DNA of 64,000 nt. Source: Spirochaetia bacterium. Its GTDB lineage: Bacteria; Spirochaetota; Spirochaetia; DSM-2461. Made by a program: the position numbers and the translations under genes. This document shows, piece by piece, positions 58,117 to 64,000 of this stretch (position 1 is the stretch's first letter; every line of letters begins with the position of its first letter). The stretch covers positions 2,144,001-2,208,000 of the forward strand of contig CAXXIA010000002.1 of NCBI GenBank assembly GCA_963666985.2, in the 5' to 3' direction. The notes under the pieces were generated by a model. It was not told the origin of the DNA. It worked only from the letters and a program-made list of their open reading frames with translations, and made no database searches.

Positions 58117-59136
58117 ATGAAACGAATTTCTTTGCTTCTTGTCTTGATTGCCGCTTTTTCCTTTACGCTTTGGGCTTCCGGAGCGGAAGAAAGCGATTCC
58201 GAGGGCTGGAATCCCAGCAAGCCGATTTCCATCATCGTTCCCTGGGGCGCCGGCGGATCCACCGACCAGGTGACCCGCGTAGTCGCCGGTGAACTGGAAG
58301 GGCCCTTGGGGCAGAAAGTCGTCATCGTTAATCAGCCCGGCGCTTCGGGTTCCGTGGGAACCAAGGGTGCTTTGGATGCTCCGCACGACGGCTATACTTG
58401 GGCCGCCGGCGCCGCCGCCGACTTGGGTGCGTATAAAGTAAAGGGACTTCTGGATACAACCTGGGACGATTGGGATCTTTTTCTGAGCGTGGCCAATGTC
58501 GCCGTCGTCGCCGTGAATGTCGATTCTCCCTATAAGGATTTCGGCGATCTTCTCGCCGCCCTGAAAGCCAATCCGGGAAAAATCCCCGTGGCGACCGCGG
58601 GTCAGCTTTCGGCCGGACATAACGCGATGGAGTCCATCGTCAAATACACAGGTGTTTCCTACAAGCATGTCACCTATGACGGCGGCAATCCCGCGGTTAT
58701 CGCCACCGTTGCCGGTGAAGCCGAACTGACGACTCAGCTGGCCTGTGAAGAGGCCGATATGCTTAAGGGCGGCAAACTCCGCGCTTTGGCCGTTCTGGAC
58801 GACAAGCCTCTGCAGCTTGCCGATTATGGTGAGATTCCTCCGATTACCAAATGGATTCCCAATTTCCATGCCGCGCCGAATTACTTCGGAATCTGGATTC
58901 CCTCGGATGCTCCGGCGGAAGTTGTTGAGAAATTCACGGAAGTTTGGAATACAACCATCAGCAATTCTCAGAAACTGAAGGATTACGCCGCCGAACGCGG
59001 CGCCGTGTTCAATCCGTCCTGCGGTGAAGACGCCAAGACCAAGGCCATGCCGTACCTTCAGATTATCGCTTGGAACTATTTTGACGGCGGTTCCGCCGTT
59101 GTGTCTCCGGACAGCATCGGGATTCCCAAGCCGTAA
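58117..59136 (+). CDS. tctC: Tripartite tricarboxylate transporter substrate-binding protein
   Basis: PISIIVPWGAGGSTD, NQPGASG, DGYT and YDGG motifs. Confidence 0.9.
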   Translation: MKRISLLLVLIAAFSFTLWASGAEESDSEGWNPSKPISIIVPWGAGGSTDQVTRVVAGELEGPLGQKVVIVNQPGASGSVGTKGALDAPHDGYTWAAGAAADLGAYKVKGLLDTTWDDWDLFLSVANVAVVAVNVDSPYKDFGDLLAALKANPGKIPVATAGQLSAGHNAMESIVKYTGVSYKHVTYDGGNPAVIATVAGEAELTTQLACEEADMLKGGKLRALAVLDDKPLQLADYGEIPPITKWIPNFHAAPNYFGIWIPSDAPAEVVEKFTEVWNTTISNSQKLKDYAAERGAVFNPSCGEDAKTKAMPYLQIIAWNYFDGGSAVVSPDSIGIPKP

Positions 59137-59160
59137 GTCCGGTTTTCATCTATAATAATC

Positions 59161-59190
59161 GGGGCTGTCTTTGACAGCCCCTTATTTCAT
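59161..59190 (+). terminator. Hairpin/terminator after tctC
   Basis: ggggctgtc-ttt-gacagcccc-ttattt. Confidence 0.65.
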
Positions 59191-59233
59191 TCGGTACCGT
59201 TTCTGAAGACGGTGTCTCGATTAAGGGGTTTTG

Positions 59234-59749
59234 ATGAAAGAATCAAACATGCCCAAGGCCGATTTTCTGATGTCCGTCATATTCATGGTCTTTGGGACAA
59301 CCATCTTCCTTATTTCGCTTCATATGCCTCGATTCGAGGAATTCGACGCGAATCCTTATTCGGTTCCCGGTATCGTTCCGGGTTTCCTCGGTGTTGTTAT
59401 CGCCGCATTGGGTTTGGTGCTGTTCATTCGGTCCATTATAAAAAAAGGGTACCGATGGGGACTGACCGCCGGCGGCGTTAAAGACTGGTTTCGGGACGAC
59501 GGAACGCACAGGCTTTTCATTACATTGGCGTTCTGCCTGGTGTATTCATTGGTCTTTATCGGATGGCTGCCGTATCCGATCGGCACCGTGCTGTTCATTT
59601 TCGGCTTCATCGTTGCGTTCGAATATCAAAAGGGTATTCCCTTTAGGAAGCAAGGTAAAATGTTTCTGTTCGCAGGCATCATATCCGTCGTCAGCGGTCT
59701 TTCCATTTGGGCCGTTTTTCGTTTTCTCTTCCTGGTAAATCTCCCGTAG
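59234..59749 (+). CDS. tctB: Tripartite tricarboxylate transporter small membrane subunit
   Basis: 4-5 TM segments, PG..P, C-terminal F...FLVNLP. Confidence 0.85.
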   Translation: MKESNMPKADFLMSVIFMVFGTTIFLISLHMPRFEEFDANPYSVPGIVPGFLGVVIAALGLVLFIRSIIKKGYRWGLTAGGVKDWFRDDGTHRLFITLAFCLVYSLVFIGWLPYPIGTVLFIFGFIVAFEYQKGIPFRKQGKMFLFAGIISVVSGLSIWAVFRFLFLVNLP

Positions 59750-59761
59750 GAGGCACAAGCA

Positions 59762-61294
59762 ATGTTGGAAGGATTACAATATTTCGGCCAATCATTTATT
59801 GAATTTATGCGTCCGATGACGATTTTTAATGCACTTTGGGCCACTCAGCTGGGCATTATCGTCGGTATGCTTCCCGGATTAACGGCAACGATGGGCGTTG
59901 CGTTAATGACCACCCTCACGTTCAAAATGCCCGCTTCCGACGCGGTGCTGATTTTAATGTGTATGTATGTCGGCGCTATTTACGGCGGAAGCCGGAGCGC
60001 TATTCTTTTGAATATCCCGGGGACGCCCGCCAATGCCGCCACCGCGGTTGACGGTCATCCTCTCGCCAAGCAGGGCCGTGCGGGCCGGGCCATAGGAATC
60101 GCCACGACCGGTTCTTTCATCGGCACCTTCGTCGGTATGATCCTGCTGGCTCTTTTTACGCCGCTGATAGGCAATTTCGCCCTTGAGTTCAAATCCTATG
60201 AGTTCTTCTGGCTTGCCATCTTCGGCATCGTCATCTGCGGAAATCTCACCGCCCCCAAGGATCCTCTCAAAGGTTGGATCGCCGGATTCCTGGGACTCTT
60301 CGTCGCGACCATCGGAATGGAGGGAATCCACGCGCATATCCGTTTCGCCAAACCGGGTTCCCAAATGTCCGGAGGCATCGCGCTGCTGCCGGCCATGGTC
60401 GGTGCGTTCGGTTTCGCCGAGATTATCGGCGTGATGAAGCAGTCGGCGTATGAGGTGGTGAATACCAAAATTGAACGGGTTATTCCGAAATTTTCTGAAA
60501 TTTGGAAATATAAATGGACCATCCTCCGATCCGGTATCCTGGGAACCTTTATCGGAGCCATTCCCGGTGTGGGCGAGGATATCGCCGCCTGGGTTTCTTA
60601 TGACATTACCAAGCGGTCGAGCAAGCATCCGGAAGAGTTCGGCAACGGCTCCATTGAAGGCTTAATCTCCGCGGAAGCGGGAAACAACGCCTGTGTCGCC
60701 GGAGCCATGATTCCCGTACTTTCCCTGGCCATCCCCGGTTCCGCCCCCGCGGCCGTGCTTCTGGCGGCCATGTTCATTCACGGGGTTCGTCCCGGTCCGC
60801 TCATCATGATAGAGTCGCCGAAATTCGTGTATGAAGTGGTGGTGATGGTGCTGCTGGCCTCGGCGGCCATGCTCATTCTCGGACTTTCCATGGTGCGCTG
60901 GCTGGTGAAGGTTCTGATGGTTCCCCGGCAGAAATTAATGCCGATTGTTTTCACGCTGTGTGTCGTGGGCGCCTTTGCCATTCAGGGCCGCACTTTCGAT
61001 ATCGGCGTCATGGTTGTTTTCGGTCTGATCGGCTTTTTCTTAAGAGAAATGGATTATCCGATGGCGCCTCTTATTCTGGGGATTATTCTGGGAGATCTGC
61101 TGGATAAGAATCTCAGGCGAAGTTTGATTCTTTCGGACGGAGGCTTGGCGCCTTTCTTCAATCAGCCGATCGGACTGGTGCTGTTTATCGCCACCCTGCT
61201 GGTTATTTTCAGCAAAATGAAGTGGTTCCGGTCTTTGATGTTTTCTCTCCGTCAGGGGATTGTTTCCCTCTTTAAGCGCAAGAAGGCGGGCTGA
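59762..61294 (+). CDS. tctA: Tripartite tricarboxylate transporter large membrane subunit
   Basis: GMLPGL, YGGSRSAILLNIPGTP, EAGNNA and PGP motifs. Confidence 0.93.
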   Translation: MLEGLQYFGQSFIEFMRPMTIFNALWATQLGIIVGMLPGLTATMGVALMTTLTFKMPASDAVLILMCMYVGAIYGGSRSAILLNIPGTPANAATAVDGHPLAKQGRAGRAIGIATTGSFIGTFVGMILLALFTPLIGNFALEFKSYEFFWLAIFGIVICGNLTAPKDPLKGWIAGFLGLFVATIGMEGIHAHIRFAKPGSQMSGGIALLPAMVGAFGFAEIIGVMKQSAYEVVNTKIERVIPKFSEIWKYKWTILRSGILGTFIGAIPGVGEDIAAWVSYDITKRSSKHPEEFGNGSIEGLISAEAGNNACVAGAMIPVLSLAIPGSAPAAVLLAAMFIHGVRPGPLIMIESPKFVYEVVVMVLLASAAMLILGLSMVRWLVKVLMVPRQKLMPIVFTLCVVGAFAIQGRTFDIGVMVVFGLIGFFLREMDYPMAPLILGIILGDLLDKNLRRSLILSDGGLAPFFNQPIGLVLFIATLLVIFSKMKWFRSLMFSLRQGIVSLFKRKKAG

Positions 61295-62361
61295 TGACCG
61301 CTGATTCGGCCGTTTCAAAAGAAGTGAAATTCGGTGTTGTCGGCGTGGGGGTTATCGCCTCGTTTCACGCCAAAGCCCTTGCTGAAATTCCCGGAGCGAA
61401 ACTGAGCGCCTGTACGGATGTCGTTCCGGAAAGATCGGCTTCGTTTGCGTCCGAATACGGAGCTCGCGCCGTTGATTCGGTGGATGAGATGATCGCCGGG
61501 GATTTGGTGGACGCGGTTATTATCTGCACGCCTTCGGGGCTGCATCTGGAACCGGCCTTGGCCGCGGCCGCGGCCGGAAAGCATCTGGTGATTGAGAAAC
61601 CTCTGGAGATTACACCCGAGCGCTGCGATCAAATTATTGCGGCGGCCCGGAAGAACGGCGTTAAAGTCGCCGGTATTTTCCCCAGCCGTTTTTCAGACGG
61701 GGCGAAGCTGCTGAAAGCCGCCCTGGATGAGGGCCGATTCGGAACTCTTTCGGTGGCGGACGCCGCCGTTAAATGGCACCGCGGCGAGGAGTACTACGCT
61801 CAAGCCGGCTGGAGAGGCACCTGGAAACTGGACGGCGGCGGGGCTCTGATGAATCAGTCCATCCACGCGGTGGATCTGGTTCAGTGGCTCAGCGGCGGGA
61901 TTTGTGAAGTGAGCGCCTACGCGGCGACTTTGGCCCATGAGGGGCTGGAGGTGGAAGATACGGCCGCCGCCGCCGTTCGCCACGGGAACGGAGCGTTGGG
62001 AACCATTACGGGAACCACGGCATCCTGGCCGGGCTGGGCCAAACGGATTGAAGTTTCCGGCAGCATGGGCAGCGCCGCCATCGAGGATGATAAAATCGTC
62101 CGCTGGGAATTCGCGCGGGAACAGGACGGGGACGCCCAAATCAGAGCCGGATTCGCCGAAGCGGAATCCGGCGTCGGAGGCGCCGGGGATCCGAAGGCCA
62201 TCGGTTACGAGGGGCATCGCCGTCAACTGGCCGATTTCGTCCAAGCTCTTGCCGAAGATAGAGAACCGATGGTAAACGGTGAGGAAGCCCGGAAGGCCGT
62301 CGCCGTTATCGACGCCATCTACCGGAGCGCGAAAAACGGAGAGCGGGTGAAGTTATCCTGA
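61294..62361 (+). CDS. Gfo/Idh/MocA-family oxidoreductase
   Basis: GVGVIA, CTPSGLH, IEKP and GGGALMNQSIH motifs. Confidence 0.92.
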   Translation: MTADSAVSKEVKFGVVGVGVIASFHAKALAEIPGAKLSACTDVVPERSASFASEYGARAVDSVDEMIAGDLVDAVIICTPSGLHLEPALAAAAAGKHLVIEKPLEITPERCDQIIAAARKNGVKVAGIFPSRFSDGAKLLKAALDEGRFGTLSVADAAVKWHRGEEYYAQAGWRGTWKLDGGGALMNQSIHAVDLVQWLSGGICEVSAYAATLAHEGLEVEDTAAAAVRHGNGALGTITGTTASWPGWAKRIEVSGSMGSAAIEDDKIVRWEFAREQDGDAQIRAGFAEAESGVGGAGDPKAIGYEGHRRQLADFVQALAEDREPMVNGEEARKAVAVIDAIYRSAKNGERVKLS

Positions 62362-62400
62362 ATGCTTCGTTGACGAAAATTCAGGGGAGAGTACCGCACC

Positions 62401-63756
62401 ATGAAAGAATTCCACCGCTTTAAACTTGAGACCTATGACGATCTCAAATCCGATCTCGCCGCGATAGGGGCCGACTTGCCCATTTCATCGGATTTCGCCG
62501 TTCTGGGCGAGAAAGTCTCTCTGAGCGGCGGACGGACGCTTCCCAACCGGTTCATCGTTCAGCCCATGGAAGGCGTGGACGGAGAGCCTAAAGACGGTGC
62601 GCCGTCTGAGTATACGTTCCGCCGCTACCGCCGTTTCGCCGAGGGCGGCAGCGGCCTGATTTGGGCCGAGTCCGCAGCCGTTGTTCCCGAGGGCTGTTCC
62701 GGAACCCGGCAGCTTCAGATAACGCAAAGCAATCTGGATGTGTACAAGCGCCTGGTGGAAGAAACTCATCAGGCGGCCCGGAAGAGCCGCGGCCATGACA
62801 TTGTTTTTATTCTTCAATTAACGCATTCGGGCCGCTTCAGCCGTCCCGGCGGAACACCTGCGCCGATGAAAGCCCACAACAATCCTTTTTTGGATGAACC
62901 TCTGGGAATGACCGATCGGAAGCCTGTTTCCGACGATTACCTGGATAGCCTTCAGGAGAAGTTTGTTCACGCGGCCACTCTTGCCGCCGAGGCGGGTTTC
63001 GACGGCGTGGACATCAAAGGCGTCCATGGTTATTTGGCCGCGGAACTGCTGGGCGCGCATCGCCGGGAAGGAAAGTACGGCGGTTCCTATGAAAACCGAA
63101 CTCGGTTTCTCAAAGAGACTCTTCGGATGACCCGGGACGCCCTGCCGCCGGAGGTGATCGTTACTTCTCGATTCACCGCTTTGGAGCCGACTCCTTATCC
63201 GTACGGCTGGGGTGTGGCGCCGGTGGAAGCCGAGACTTGGGAAATGGATTTATCCGAACCGAAACGCCTGATGGGCGAACTTCTGGAACTCGCTCCGCCC
63301 GTTCTGAATGTTTCCATCGGCTGGCCCCGAGTAAAGCCGTATTTGAACAGACCCCATGACAACTCACTGGTCGGTTTGCCTCATCCTCCCGAATATCCTC
63401 TTGTGGGAGTGGTTCGATTTCAGGAAACGATTCGGGAAATGCAGTCGGTCGCGGGGAACATCCCTTTGCCGACCGCGGCCTTGGCATGGCTTCGGCATTT
63501 GATGCCGGGCGCGGCCGCCGGTTTGGTTTCCGAAGGATGGTGTTCTTTGATCGGTCTCGGCCGCACATCGTTCGCCTATCCGGATTTTCCCCGGGATCTT
63601 CTGGATAAGGGAGAAATCGACCGTTCGAAGTGCTGCACCACCTGTTCGATGTGTTCCCAGATTATGAAGGACGGCGTGGCCAGAACCGGCTGCGTTATCA
63701 GAGACAGGGAACTCTACGGTCCGGAATTGAAGAGGGGCCGTCTAGCTCAGGGGTGA
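62401..63756 (+). CDS. NADH:flavin oxidoreductase (Old Yellow Enzyme family) with C-terminal Fe-S motif
   Basis: NRFIVQPMEG, QLTHSGR, AGFDGVDIKGVHGYL, YGGSYENRTR and CTTCSMC...C motifs. Confidence 0.88.
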   Translation: MKEFHRFKLETYDDLKSDLAAIGADLPISSDFAVLGEKVSLSGGRTLPNRFIVQPMEGVDGEPKDGAPSEYTFRRYRRFAEGGSGLIWAESAAVVPEGCSGTRQLQITQSNLDVYKRLVEETHQAARKSRGHDIVFILQLTHSGRFSRPGGTPAPMKAHNNPFLDEPLGMTDRKPVSDDYLDSLQEKFVHAATLAAEAGFDGVDIKGVHGYLAAELLGAHRREGKYGGSYENRTRFLKETLRMTRDALPPEVIVTSRFTALEPTPYPYGWGVAPVEAETWEMDLSEPKRLMGELLELAPPVLNVSIGWPRVKPYLNRPHDNSLVGLPHPPEYPLVGVVRFQETIREMQSVAGNIPLPTAALAWLRHLMPGAAAGLVSEGWCSLIGLGRTSFAYPDFPRDLLDKGEIDRSKCCTTCSMCSQIMKDGVARTGCVIRDRELYGPELKRGRLAQG

Positions 63757-63899
63757 TGGCGAGCATGACCCTGAGTCGGCGGAGCGAATTTTGCGCTCTC
63801 GGTGTTAAGGCCGCCGTATAAGACGGCCGCGCGGCGTCCCTGAGAGGTGGTTTCAGCGGCTGCCGAAAGCTGCCGCCCGGCGATATAAAGGAAGCGGAA

Positions 63900-64000
63900 A
63901 TGAACAAGAAGAAACCCGTTGCTTTGGTAACCGGAGGAAGCCGGGGAATCGGCTACGGCATCGCGCAAAAGCTCGCCGAGGAAGGATATGACCTGGCGAT
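63900..64000 (+). CDS. Short-chain dehydrogenase/reductase (N-terminus only)
   Basis: MNKKKPVALVTGGSRGIGYGIA; runs off the right edge. Confidence 0.85.
   Translation, partial: MNKKKPVALVTGGSRGIGYGIAQKLAEEGYDLA

Overview
This is a 64-kb chromosomal window from an anaerobic, moderately GC-rich bacterium, most likely a free-living spirochaete. That assignment is inferred from the 'AFAGG/LWASG'-type solute-binding-protein leaders and the overall gene content. From left to right it carries: the 5' part of a type I (I-C-like) cas3 running off the left edge; aldo/keto reductase, YhhN-like, TetR and DUF2271 genes; a LacI-controlled alpha-xyloside ABC/GH31 cluster; a stand-alone gap gene whose 3' end is partly duplicated and split by a repeat; a GntR-PfkB-ECF(CblT-like)-ADP-ribosylglycohydrolase operon; FAD reductase-MFS-GH2; a DUF2798-like gene behind a tripeptide-uORF attenuator; aminotransferase plus sodium:solute symporter; GntP; a sigma54-driven purine deaminase operon; an AT-rich LysR/peptide-ABC island with an orphan gene; iorAB-paaK-paaK-ACT; a cluster of covarying hairpin repeats; and tctCBA with oxidoreductases. 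I recognised no tRNA, rRNA, CRISPR array, integrase or transposase. The best candidates for new biology are (1) a putative alpha-riboside (alpha-ribazole-like) uptake and catabolism operon, (2) an M-C-V uORF/terminator attenuator, and (3) a bulged-hairpin repeat family with variable cargo. All protein calls are from motifs read by eye, without database searches.
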